DNA of 64,000 bases, taken from NCBI GenBank assembly GCA_000004695.1, contig CM000153.2:2784001-2848000 (forward strand). The letters run 5' to 3'. Both the position numbers and the translations under genes were made by a program. Of this stretch, positions 42,759-57,105 are shown piece by piece (positions within the stretch are counted from its first letter, which is position 1; every line of letters begins with the position of its first letter). Below the pieces are notes generated by a model. The model made no database searches and had not been told where the DNA came from. It saw only the letters and a list, made by a program, of their open reading frames with translations. The stretch comes from Dictyostelium discoideum. Lineage: Eukaryota.

Positions 42759-43116
42759 TCAATTTAATAGATTCTCTAATTCTTTCTAAAATATCTAATT
42801 TTTTACCACCCAATTGTTGAACACCATACTTTGTTTTTGCGATTTTTGCTATTGTTTTATATTTTTTAGTTTCTAATTCTTTCATTATTGTATCTATATC
42901 TTTTTCTTTTTCTAAACCACAATCCATATTTTGACTACCATTTTCGTTTTCATTTTCATTTTCAACCTCTTCTTCTATGATAATCTCTTTATTATTATTG
43001 TTTTTTTTATTATTTAATTTTTCTCTTGTTGAAAGTTTTGATTTTAATTCTTGATTTTCTTTTTTTAATTTTTCTATAACATTTAATAATTCTTTTTCTC
43101 TCTTAGAAATACCCAT
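39631..43116 (-). CDS. Large (1161 aa) protein of a Dictyostelium-specific family: N-terminal coiled-coil + SAP-like motif, poly-T/Q linker, conserved LFWKIFRNKYL-containing domain, acidic SE/KEK repeats, TPTTP repeats, possible ankyrin-like C-terminus
   Basis: SAP-like helix-extended-helix motif TIAKIAKTKYGVQQLGGKKLDILERIRESI. Conserved blocks are shared with the 43341..45545 gene (..LFWK(I/V)F(R/K)NK(Y/F)L.., ..CIGALKSL.EE.N.., ..LLYDDLELIELAY(D/N)QL.KPMLKIE.IN.., ..FI.NC.L.KVLPIT.FIYN.RLDLVEKYKSLL..). Single long ORF. Confidence 0.6.
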
Positions 43117-43340
43117 TTTTAACAGAAATAAAGAAACAAAAAAAAAATATGTAGTTAAAAGAAAATTAAAAAAAAAAAAAAAAAAAAATTAAACACGAAA
43201 AAAAAAAAAAAAAAAAATAAATAAAAAAAAATAAAATGTTTTTATAAGTATTTGAGCTAAAATTAAAATCTAGATTTTTTTTTTTCCTAATTTTTTCTTA
43301 TTTTTTTTTTTATTCTATTTTATTTTATTTATTTTATTTA

Positions 43341-45545
43341 TTAAATTTTATTTTTTTTAATTAATAAATCTAAAATATTAAATCCAAATCTTTCAAAATG
43401 ATTTGGTTTATTATAATAAATCCATCTTGCAATTAAAATTTTAATATAAAATTTTAGTGGTGGGTGACCATAAAAACTAAAATAGAATGGTCCTTTTTGA
43501 TTTGTAAATTTATGATTAATTAAATAAATAAAATCAGAAATTGATTTTAAATTATTTAAACCAAAGAAATGTTCATTTTTAAAAATTACACCATCACCAT
43601 CACTATCACCACAACCATTTGAAAGTGATGGTGAATTTATAAAACCAATCATTGCTTTCATTGCAATAGTAATTGAATAAAGTCTATGAGAATAACAAAT
43701 TGGTGGATCTAATTTAAATGATGGTTCAATATTTGATATTTCTTGTGATGATGATGATGGTGATGATGATGATAATAATGATTTATACTTTTCAACTAAA
43801 TCCAATCTACCATTATAAATGAAATTGGTAATTGGTAATATTTTATTACAATTTTTTAAACAATTTTTAAAAATAAATTCCAACACTCCTTCTGACCTAA
43901 TAAAATAAAATTCAGCTTCACATTCTTTTTTATTACTATTAGTACTTGCTCTATAATTATCTTGATTTATAAATTCAATTTTTAACATTGGCTTATCTAA
44001 TTGGTTATATGCTAATTCTATTAATTCTAAATCATCATACAATAAAACTTGATTAAATATAAAATTTAAATAATTTGAATTATTTTTAACCAATTGGCAA
44101 ACTTGTTTAATAAATTCGATTTTATTTTTTAAATTATTTTCAAATTGAAATAACATTGGTTTAAATCCATCATTTGAAACGGGTTCATAAAAATCAAATA
44201 AACAATTTATTAATTTAAACATTACTTTAAATAATTGAAAATTTCCAAACTTAATTGAATTCTTAAATAATTGATTTCTTCTAGGTTCATTACTTTTATA
44301 TGAATAATGTCTATTATTATTTAATAACATTGAATAGAATTCATCATGATTTGAATTACAATTTTCAAAATACATTTTCAATAATTTTAAAATGAAATTA
44401 AATTTTTCATTATCTTTATTATTATTTGAATATTGATCATAAATAAAATCTAATAATATTTGATTTCTATCTGATTTTAATAAAAATAATGATTTATATA
44501 ATTCATTAATTTCATTTACATTTTTAAATATAATATTATTTGATTCGTTTAAATTTAAATAAATAATTGAAATACATGAATTTTTTAAATCTTTAATTCT
44601 AAGTTTTAATTCATCAATTGGGCATTTTTCAAAAACTCTTTTTAATTCTTTTTTTTCAAATTTACATTTATAAAATAATTTTAAATTATCATTATCATTA
44701 AAATTAATATAATTTATAAATTTAAAAAGAAATGATGATGATGAATTATTTTTACTATTTAATATTAATTTCCAAAATTGTTCATTTGGTAAAATATTTG
44801 TTGTTATTGTTTTATTAATTATTAAATATTTAAATGATTTATAACTACATGATTCAATTGATAATTTAATTAAATCAATTAATTCAATTTTTACAAGTTC
44901 TTTAATAATATTAAATTCTTCAAATAATGATTTTAAAGCACCAATACAATCATTTTGAATTATAATTTTTAATATAAATTCTATATCAATTATAATTGTT
45001 GATATATTTAGATAATTATTAATTAAATTTGTATAAAATTGTTTATCATTTTTAATTGATTGAAAAAATGAGAAATTTCCAAACCTATTGTAACCTGTTA
45101 AATATTGATTTCTATTAACTTTTTCTTTTAATAATTCAATTTCATTACATTCAATCAAATGAATTGCATTATGTACATCATCATACGTTAATCTATGTGG
45201 ACCTGAATTTGTATGATTCATAATTTTTGTAATTAAAAATTTATTTTTAAAAACTTTCCAAAATAATTTTTCATTATTATCCATTGGTTTATTATTTAGT
45301 GTTGTTTTTGTTGTTGTTGTTATTGTTGATGAAATGGTTTTTAATTGATTTGATTTTGAATTAATTGAATTTTTTATTCTTTTTAATATTTCAGATTTTT
45401 TACCACCTGCATTAACACCAAATTTTGATTTTGCAACTTTTTTAATTTCTAAATATGTTTTATTTTCTAACTCTTCAATTATTGTATCTATATCTGTATC
45501 CTCACTATTATTGTTATTATCTTTTTCATTATTTATCTCAACCAT
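43341..45545 (-). CDS. Second intact member (734 aa) of the SAP-motif/LFWKVF family; tandem paralog of 39631..43116
   Basis: MVEINNEKDNNNNSEDTDIDTIIEELENKTYLEIKKVAKSKFGVNAGGKKSEILKRIKNSI (SAP-like), then ..NNEKLFWKVFKNKFLITKIMNH.. and the shared downstream blocks. Confidence 0.6.
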   Translation of the reverse strand: MVEINNEKDNNNNSEDTDIDTIIEELENKTYLEIKKVAKSKFGVNAGGKKSEILKRIKNSINSKSNQLKTISSTITTTTKTTLNNKPMDNNEKLFWKVFKNKFLITKIMNHTNSGPHRLTYDDVHNAIHLIECNEIELLKEKVNRNQYLTGYNRFGNFSFFQSIKNDKQFYTNLINNYLNISTIIIDIEFILKIIIQNDCIGALKSLFEEFNIIKELVKIELIDLIKLSIESCSYKSFKYLIINKTITTNILPNEQFWKLILNSKNNSSSSFLFKFINYINFNDNDNLKLFYKCKFEKKELKRVFEKCPIDELKLRIKDLKNSCISIIYLNLNESNNIIFKNVNEINELYKSLFLLKSDRNQILLDFIYDQYSNNNKDNEKFNFILKLLKMYFENCNSNHDEFYSMLLNNNRHYSYKSNEPRRNQLFKNSIKFGNFQLFKVMFKLINCLFDFYEPVSNDGFKPMLFQFENNLKNKIEFIKQVCQLVKNNSNYLNFIFNQVLLYDDLELIELAYNQLDKPMLKIEFINQDNYRASTNSNKKECEAEFYFIRSEGVLEFIFKNCLKNCNKILPITNFIYNGRLDLVEKYKSLLSSSSPSSSSQEISNIEPSFKLDPPICYSHRLYSITIAMKAMIGFINSPSLSNGCGDSDGDGVIFKNEHFFGLNNLKSISDFIYLINHKFTNQKGPFYFSFYGHPPLKFYIKILIARWIYYNKPNHFERFGFNILDLLIKKNKI

Positions 45546-46331
45546 CTTTATATTTTATAAAAAAAAAATAAAAAAATAAAAAAAAATAAAATGTGTCGGT
45601 TAATGGTTTTTTTTTTAAAATAATAAATTAGATATTTAAAAGAATTCCATAAAAAAGTCATTTTTTAAATATCTTTTTTTTTTAAAAAAATAAAAAAAAA
45701 AAGAAAATCACTTTTCTTTTTTTTTTTTTTTTTTTATTTTTTTTGTGTTCTTGAACCCCTGATTTAAAAGGATAATCATCCCAAATAATCACTTTTTTTT
45801 TTTCTAATTAAAAGTTAAATTAAAATTATTTTTTATTTTTTATTTTTTTTTAGAGTTGTAATTACATATTTGTAAAAAATGATTTTGTTGGAATGATTTT
45901 TCAGATATTAAACTTCTAATATTTAATTTATAAAAACTTCCCAAAATAGACTATAAAATTATTATTTGTTTGAAAATTCTCTTTCAAAAAAAATAAAAAA
46001 AAATAAAAAAATAAAAAAAAAAAAATAAAAAAAAAAAATGAAGATGAAGATAACGAAGATTATAATGATGAGGGTATACCAAAAAAATATTAAAACAATC
46101 AATTGATTGTTATATTTTAAAAATTTACAAAAAAAAGATAATTAATGATATCCCTTACTTATTTATACAAAATATTATTATTTTTTTTTATTTTTTTTTA
46201 TGTTATTTTTGTTTAACTACTTTGAGTTTTATCAACCCTAAAGTTTTTTCATTTTTCTCTTTTTTTTTCTTTCTTTCTTTTCTTTTCGTTTTGTGTTTAA
46301 TTTAAATCTATATTAATTATATTGTTGCTAT

Positions 46332-46877
<546 letters not shown>

Positions 46878-47141
46878 CTTTGTGTTTTATTATTGTTTTT
46901 ATGCGTAATGCTGAAAAAAAAAAAAAATAAAAAAAAATAAATAAATAAAAAATTAAAAAAAAAAAAAATGAAAAAAAAAGTGAAAATAAAAAAAAAAAAA
47001 AAATGAAAAAAAAAAAAAACTCTGATTAATCAAAAAAGCAAAAAAGTTGGACAAAAAATTTTTTTTTTATTTGTTTAAATTTATTTTTTTTATTTTATAT
47101 AATTTATTCTTTTTTTTTTTTCAAAACAATTTTTACTTTTT

Positions 47142-47384
47142 TTAAATTACAGAATTTGGATTCATATAAAATCTTTGATCTTTATTTAATTTATCCAAAC
47201 TATTAACTATATCATCAGATAGAGTGAAATCTAAGATCATTTGATTTTCAATCAATCTATGAACATTTTCAGTTTTTGGAATTACAGGGCAATTGTGTTC
47301 TAAACAATATCTTAATAATAATTGTGATGGTGTTCTTCCAACTTTTTTTGCAAATTCTTTAACACTTTCATTATTTAATAACTG

Positions 47385-47422
<38 letters not shown>

Positions 47423-48170
47423 AATAATCACCCACCCAACAACAATAATAATAATTTTTTTTTTTTTTTTATAAAAATTTAAAATTACTTACTCTACCAC
47501 CAGCTAAACTTCCATAACTTTCTAAAATTATTTTATTATTTTTACAAAATTCTAATAAATCTTTTTGAAAATTTAAAGGATGAAATTCAACTTGATTTAT
47601 TGCTGGTTTTATTTGTAAATTTGGTGATGATAAAAGTTCAGTTAAATGATTGATTGTATAATTTGAAACACCAATTGAACGTACTTTTTTATCTTGATAT
47701 AGTTTCTCTAGAGCTCTCCAGGTTTGAGCTCGTTGAATTGAATTACCACTATCACTACCATCCAATCCTTTTACACCAGGCCAATGAATTAAATAACAAT
47801 CTAAATAATCCAATTGTAACTTTTTCAAAGATGATTCAAATGCTTTTAAAGCATTTTCATAACCTTGCTCCATAAAACTACATTTACTAGTTATAAATAA
47901 ATCTTCTCTTTTTATCTTTTTACCATCTAATCCATCATTCTTTGTAACCATTTCATTTAATACTTTACCAATTCTTTCTTCATTATTATACATTGATGCT
48001 GTATCAATACGTCTATAACCATTCTCTAAACCAACTTTAATAATATTTTCAATATCATTTAATTTAAATGTTCCAATTCCTAACATTGGCATTTTAATTG
48101 GATTTAAATTTAATTCATTTAAAATTATAAAATTTTCATTTTCATTATTATTATTATTATTATTATTCAT
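47142..48170 (-). CDS. Aldo-keto reductase (aldose reductase-like), tandem copy 1. Model join(48170..47493,47381..47142), 306 aa.
   Basis: AKR catalytic residues and motifs (..LGIGTFK..IDTASMYNNEE..IHWPG..SIGVSNYTINHL..NQVEFHP..). C-terminal exon (..IPKTENVHRLIENQMILDFTLSDDIV..) after donor AGA|GTAAGT and acceptor AATCCAG. Confidence 0.75.
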
Positions 48171-48494
48171 TTTTTTTTATTTTTTATTTTTGAATTTAAT
48201 AAGAGATAGAATTTGTGTGTGTGAGTGTGTTTTATATGTTATTAAAAAATAAAAAAAAATAAAAAAAAGAAAATAAATCAATTTATATAAAAAAAAAAAA
48301 AAAAATAAACACAAAAAAAAAAAAAATAAACACTAAAAAAAAAAAAAAATAAATAAAAATTATAAAAAAAACAAATTCAATTATTACCAAAAAAAGTTAT
48401 TTTTTTTTTATTTTTAGCTTTTTAGGTTTATTTATTTTTAGCTTTTTTGGCTTTTTCTATTTTTAGCTTTTTTTACTTTTAGCTTTTTTAATTT

Positions 48495-49497
48495 TTAGTT
48501 AACATTACTTGGGTCCCAATAAAATCTTTTATTTTTATTTAAATGATTTAATTTTTGAATATCTTCATTTGAAATTGTAAAATCTAAATTTGAATTTTCA
48601 TATACTCTTTCAGGTTTAATTGATTTTGGAATAACGACTAAACCATTTTGAATAGCCCATTTCAATAAGACTTGAGCAGGTGATTTTGAAAGTTGTTTTG
48701 AAATTTCCAATACTACAGGCTCAGTTAAGATCTCATTACCACCAGAGAGACTGCCATAAGCCTCCAATACGATGCCATTTGATTTACAGTAATTTAAAAG
48801 CTCCTCTTGGAAAAGGTATGGATGGAACTCGACTTGATTCATCACTGGTTTAATTCTACAATTTGATAATAGTTCATGTAAGTGCGATATGGCGTAGTTG
48901 GAAACACCGATAGAACGAACTTTACCATCGTCGTAAAGTTTCTCCAAAGCTTTCCAAGTTTGAGAACGTAGTGAACTCATGCTTTCACCTTTAGGTATTT
49001 CACTATATGTGCCTGGGTAATGAATTAAATAACAATCTAAATAATCCAATTGTAATTTCTCTAATGATTCTTGAAATGCTTTCAATGCATTCTCATATCC
49101 ATGTTGCCAAGTACCAACTTTGGTTGTAATAAATAATTCCTCTCTCTTTACTTTACCTTCTTTAATTAATTCTTTAATTGTATCACCAATCTTTTTTTCA
49201 TTTTTATAATAAGATGCTGTATCAATATGTCTATAACCTAAATTTTTTTTTTTTTTTTTTTTTTTTTTCAATGAAAATAATTAATAATTAATATATTAAT
49301 TATATTTTTAAAAAATTGCTTTTTTTTTTATTTTTTAAAAAAAATAATTACTAACCTTGTTCAATTGCAGATCTTACAGATTTTTCAATATCACTATCAT
49401 CGGTTAAATAAGTTCCTAATCCGATAACTGGAATTTTAATACCATTATTTAATTGAATTGTTGATTTAATAGATTCTGACATTATTTTTTTAATCAT
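48495..49497 (-). CDS. Aldo-keto reductase, tandem copy 2. Model join(49497..49356,49237..48495), 294 aa.
   Basis: N-terminal exon MIKKIMSESIKSTIQLNNGIKIPVIGLGTYL...SAIEQ + G|GTTAGT; the acceptor TTTAG joins GYRHIDTASYYKNEKKIG... The track's poly-K N-terminus is intron/poly-A read-through. The C-terminus is contiguous, with no C-terminal intron. Confidence 0.75.
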
Positions 49498-49890
49498 TAA
49501 AAAAAATTTAAATAAATTATTATTATTATTATTATTAATATTACTATTGGTGAGTGTTTATAAAAAATAAATTAATTTTTTTTTTTTTTTTTTATTCAGG
49601 GTGTGGTCCTATTTATATTAAATTTTTACAAAAAAAAAAAAAAAAAAAAAATAAAATTGAAAAAATAAAAATCTTTTTTTTTCAAAAGCATTTCGATGTT
49701 TCGAATGTTCTTCTTTTTTTAAAAAATAATTGTTTTTTGTTTTTGTTGTGTGTCAATATAGAGAAGTGAGTTGGAGAATATTTTTTTTTTTTTTTTTTTA
49801 AAGAACTACAGTCTAAAAAAATTTTCTATTTTTTAAATTTAAAAAATTCTTTATTTCTTTTTTTTACTTGTTTTTTTATTTTATTTTTTT

Positions 49891-50847
49891 TTAAAGAACT
49901 ACAGTTGGATCCCAACAAATTCTTTTTTCATTGCCCATAGAATCTAATTTTTCCATAATTTCATTTGGAATTTCAAAATCATATAATGAACAATTTTCTT
50001 TAATTCTTTCCGAGTTTGTTGATTTTGGTATAACTACAATACCTTTTTGTAATGCCCAACGAAGCATTAATTGTGCTCTAGTTTTACCTAAAGATTTTGC
50101 ATATTCTACAATAAGATCATCATTTAATTTCTAAATAAAAATAAAACTAAATTAATAAATAATTTTTTTTTTAAAAAAAAAAAAATAAAAAATAAAAAAA
50201 TAAATAAAATTTACTTCACCACGAGTTAATGAAGAATAAGCTTCTAAAATTATATGATTTTTTTTACAAAATTCAAATAAATCTTTTTGATATAAGAATG
50301 GATGAAATTCAACTTGATTTACAGCTGGTTTAATTTGTAAATTTGGTGATGATAAAAGTTCAGTTAAATGATTGATTGTATAATTTGAAACACCAATTGA
50401 ACGTACTTTTTTATCTTTGTATAATTGTTGAAATGCTTTCCAAGTTTCAGCACGAGCTTCTGAATTCTTTGGTGAAGAAGGTTGATTACCAGCTTGACCA
50501 GGCCAATGAATTAAATAAAGATCAACGTAATCCAATTGTAATCTCTTTAAAGAGTTATTACATGCTTCAATTGCTTTATCATAACCATGTTCACTTGTAC
50601 TTGATTTCGTAGTAATAAATAAATCTTCTCTCTTTATTTTACCTTCTTCAAATATCTTTTTTAAACAATCACCAATCGCTTCCTCTTGTCTATAAGATGA
50701 AGCTGTATCAATTAAAATATATCCATTATCAATTATTGCTTCTCTTAAAACTCTTTCCATATCAATTGATTTAATTTGATATGTACCAATACCAAATAAT
50801 GGCATTTCAATACCATTATTTAATTTAATTTTTGATTTTATATTCAT
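49891..50847 (-). CDS. Aldo-keto reductase, tandem copy 3. Model join(50847..50215,50130..49891), 290 aa.
   Basis: MNIKSKIKLNNGIEMPLFGIGTYQ...SLTRGE|GTAAAT; acceptor TTATTTAG then KLNDDLIVEYAKSLGKTRAQLMLRWALQKGIVVIPKSTNSERIKEN...CWDPTVVL. Same C-terminal intron position as copy 1. Confidence 0.75.
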
Positions 50848-50987
50848 TATTAATTTTTTAAAAAAATAAAATAAAATAAAAAAATAAAAAATTAAAAAAA
50901 TGAAAAAAATAAAAAAAAAATAAAATAAAAAATAATTTAATTTAAAAAAATAAATATTTCCATTATTATTTGAAATTTATTTGAAAT

Positions 50988-51396
50988 TTATAAACCTTTA
51001 TTATAAATAAATTCTTTAATTATATTACCATTTTTATCTTTAATATTTCTAAATTGTGGTTCTAATGAATCTGCAGAAATTGTTGATTCTTGTGGGAATA
51101 AAGCAATGGCGGCAGGTAAAGATGTATTAAAGATTGCTGCTATGACTGCTAAATTTAAAGGCATTCTAACTTTTGGATATTTTTTAACAAATGAAGTTCT
51201 TTCAAATAATCCCATTACAATTGGTGGTAATAATAATGCTGGAAATGATGTTGCTGCTCTTGAAAATGCAACTTTATAAACTGCTGATTTACCTGCTTCT
51301 TTACTCTTTCCATGAATTACACCATCTTTATCTTTAATATCAATACCATTACTAAAAATATTAATTTGTGTTTAATTAAATTAAATTATTAATATT

Positions 51397-51435
<39 letters not shown>

Positions 51436-52314
51436 AATAATAATACATACACCATTTCATTACCTCTCATAATTAAAACATTTGCAATACCAGCTGATGT
51501 TACAGCAGTGAATGGTACCATCATTCTAAGAGCACTTGAGATTGTTTTATTTTGAATATTTAATTTATTTACACCCCAACCTAAACCAACTGCTAATGAA
51601 CAAGAGATACCAACTGCACTTGCATAAGCTTCTAAAATTTGTTTATTTGACATTGTATTACTTGCATTTCTATTGGCATGATTTAATGCTATATTATATG
51701 ATTGATTAATCCATTGCCAAAATATAGTTGTACCAATTGATGCATTTGGTAAAATTAAACCTGCACAAATTATAACATTAATTGGTAAAAATGCTGAAAC
51801 ACGAAATGGTAAAAATATTGGTTTACCTGTATCTGGATGAATTGTTGAATCCAAAACTTAATTTAAAAAATAAAAAAATAAATAAAAAAAAAATTAATAA
51901 ATTAGTTTTCTTTTTTTTTTTTTTTTTCTTTTTTTTTTTTTTAAAAATTAAGTTTCCTATTTACTTTTTTTTGCTTTCCATAATTCATCTGAATGCTTTA
52001 CTGGGTCAACTAAACCTTTTTTAAAATTATCTAATAATGTTTTTGATTGACTTAAATCTTTTTCTGTTGCAAATAATGTAGATGGATCAGTAATATCTCT
52101 AAAATTTTGATATCTACCATAAAATGTATTATTATCATATTTGTTTGAAACTATATTTTGATTTTTTTAATAAATATATGAATATATGAATCATTTTAAA
52201 AAATGATGATGAATTAAACAGATTAATGATTTGTTTAAATTATTTATTTTTTTTTTAATTTTTTAAAAAAAAATACTAACCACCGTCAAATACAGGAAAA
52301 GAATTTGATGTCAT
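50988..52314 (-). CDS. Sideroflexin (mitochondrial tricarboxylate/serine carrier family). Model join(52314..52281,52150..51965,51856..51451,51351..50988), 329 aa.
   Basis: Matches human SFXN along the full length (..LWKAKKILDSTIHPDTGKPI.. vs ..[20 protein letters not shown]..; ..FWQWINQSYNIALNHANRN..; the last four residues are NKGL, as in SFXN). Exon 1 MTSNSFPVFDGG is 34 nt. Donors GTTAGT/GTAAAT/GTATGT; the acceptor of intron 2 is a non-canonical-looking AAG. Confidence 0.75.
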
Positions 52315-52986
52315 TTTTTTTTTTTTAGAAATAAAAATACCTTATATATTTATAAATTTGTTTTTTTGATCAAACACTTATGTGAGGGAAAAAAAAAAAA
52401 AAAAAAAAAAAACATGAAAAAAAAAAAAAATTATCGTTTTTTTGAAATTTCAAAATTTTATGAGCTTTCGCAAACCAGGAAAAAAAAAAATAGGGTTGTT
52501 ATTAAAATATTAAAAATTTAAAATTTTATAAAAAAATAATGTTTTGAGATTTGTAAGTTGTTAAAAAAAATACCAAAAAATTAAAAAAAAATTAAAAAAA
52601 AAATTTAAAATTAAAAAAAGAAAAATTAAAAAAAAATTTTTCTGATTAGATATTTTTAAAAAAAAAAAAATTAAAAAACGCAGTGGTGTTAAAAAAATTA
52701 TTTTTAATATTTTTTTTTTTTTATGTTTGTATTTATTTTTAATCACAAAACAACTCTTTGTATTTTTTTTTTTTATTTTTTTATTTTTTTTTTTCTCTAA
52801 ACAAAATTTTCTGTTCTTTACTTTTATATTTAAATTGTAAGAGTTTTTTCAATCTCATGACTATCCATAATTTTTTAATCTTTCTTGACTTTTTAATATG
52901 TGTTTAATTAAATTTTTTTTTTTTTTTTTTTTTTATTTTATTTTTTTTTTTTTCAAAACAAAATTTTTTGTTTTTTACTTTTATAT

Positions 52987-55374
<2,388 letters not shown>

Positions 55375-55432
55375 CGTTCATTCTAAAAATAAATAAAGTT
55401 TTTTTTTTTTCTCGAAAATTAATTAAATTTTG

Positions 55433-55471
<39 letters not shown>

Positions 55472-55512
55472 GGTAATAAAATAAAAAAATAATTATAAAT
55501 CCACTTTTTTTA

Positions 55513-55552
<40 letters not shown>

Positions 55553-55924
55553 TTTTTTTTTTTTATTATTTTTTATTAGTTTTGGATTATTAAAAAAAAA
55601 TATCTTTAATGTTTTAAAGATTGATAATTTTCTCCTTTAATTTAATTTACTGTTAACAATTTAAAATAATATATATAAATTTCAATAAATTATTCTCTTT
55701 TTAAGAAATTAATTTACCATTCAAAAAAGAAACAAAATTATGTCGTGATTTCAATTCATTTCTTTTTTATTTGCGAAGATTTTTTTTTATTTAATAATAA
55801 TTAATAAATTTTAATTTTTTTTTTTTTTTTTTAATTTTTTTTTTTTTTTTTTCTTTTTAATTTTTTATTTTATTTTATTTCATTTTCAAAATATTGGTAT
55901 AATAAAAAAAAAAAAAAAAAAAAA

Positions 55925-56710
55925 ATGGTATCAAATTTATTTCAAGTTAAAGATAAAATTATATTAGTTACTGGAGGTGGTAGTGGTATAGGATATGGTA
56001 TTTCATTAGGATTTGTAAAGAATGGTGCAAAAGTTTATATTTGTTCAAGAGATTTTGAAAAATGTAAGAAAACAGCAGAAGAATTAACAAAGATTGGACC
56101 AGGAAAATGTATAGCAATTAAAGCAGATTTATCGAAATTGAGTGATATTAAAAATTTATTTGAAGAATTCTCAAAATATGAACAGTCATTGGATTGTTTA
56201 GTTAATAATTCAGGTGCAAATTGGGGTGAAGAATTAGAGAAATATCCAGACCAAGCATGGGATAAAGTTATGAATTTAAATGTTAAAGCTGTTTTTAATA
56301 CAAGTGTTGCAGCATTACCATTCCTAAGAAAGAATGCAACCTCACAAGATCCTTCAAGAATTATTAATATTGGTTCAATCGATGGTATTAGAGTACCACG
56401 TTTAGAAACTTATGCTTATTCAGCAAGTAAAGCTGCCCTTCATCAGTTAACTAGAACTTTAGCCGATAGATTAGCACCTGAACATATTCTAGTCAATGCA
56501 ATCGCTGCTGGTCCTTTTATGTCTAAAATGACTAAACAAACTTTTACACAATTTGAGGATTTGGTCAAATCTAGTGTTGCCACTGGTAGATTTGGTAATA
56601 ATGAAGATCTTGAAGGTTTATTGGTATTTTTAACTTCAAGAGCTAGTACTTATATAACTGGTGCTATTATTCCTTTGGAAGGTGGTGTTTTAATTAAATC
56701 AAATCTTTAA
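55925..56710 (+). CDS. Short-chain dehydrogenase/reductase (SDR; 3-oxoacyl-ACP reductase-like), 261 aa, single exon
   Basis: TGGGSGIGYG cofactor motif, NNSG, catalytic YxxxK (YSASKAAL), ..IPLEGG.. C-terminus. Confidence 0.8.
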   Translation: MVSNLFQVKDKIILVTGGGSGIGYGISLGFVKNGAKVYICSRDFEKCKKTAEELTKIGPGKCIAIKADLSKLSDIKNLFEEFSKYEQSLDCLVNNSGANWGEELEKYPDQAWDKVMNLNVKAVFNTSVAALPFLRKNATSQDPSRIINIGSIDGIRVPRLETYAYSASKAALHQLTRTLADRLAPEHILVNAIAAGPFMSKMTKQTFTQFEDLVKSSVATGRFGNNEDLEGLLVFLTSRASTYITGAIIPLEGGVLIKSNL

Positions 56711-57023
56711 AAAAAAAAAAAAAAAAAAATAAATAAATAGTGTTTTTGTAAATTACTTTTAATATGTACCAAAAATAAAGAATTAAAACCATTGTATGAA
56801 AAAGGGTATTTTTATAATAATTAAAACATTTAAACTTTTAATGAGATTTTTTAAATTTTTTGAATCATAAAGCAAAATTTTTTTTTTTTTTTTAATAACA
56901 TCACTCAATTTGAGTGTGTTCTAGGAGAGTTTATTTGTAGTTTTTTTTTTTTTTTTTTTTCTTGTCATTCTTATATAAAGCAAAATAGACTCGGGGTTAA
57001 AAAAATTCAAAAATATCCAATAA

Positions 57024-57095
57024 TCCTTGTTGGTCTAGTGGTGAGGATTTTCGCCTGTCACGCGAAAGGCCCGGGTTCAATTCCCGGACAGGGAG
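57024..57095 (+). tRNA. tRNA-Asp (anticodon GUC)
   Basis: TCCTTGTTGGTCTAGTGGTGAGGATTTTCGCCTGTCACGCGAAAGGCCCGGGTTCAATTCCCGGACAGGGAG: cloverleaf with anticodon loop CTGTCAC, T-loop GGTTCAATTCC, 7-bp acceptor stem, discriminator G. Confidence 0.85.
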
Positions 57096-57105
57096 CTTTT
57101 TGAAA

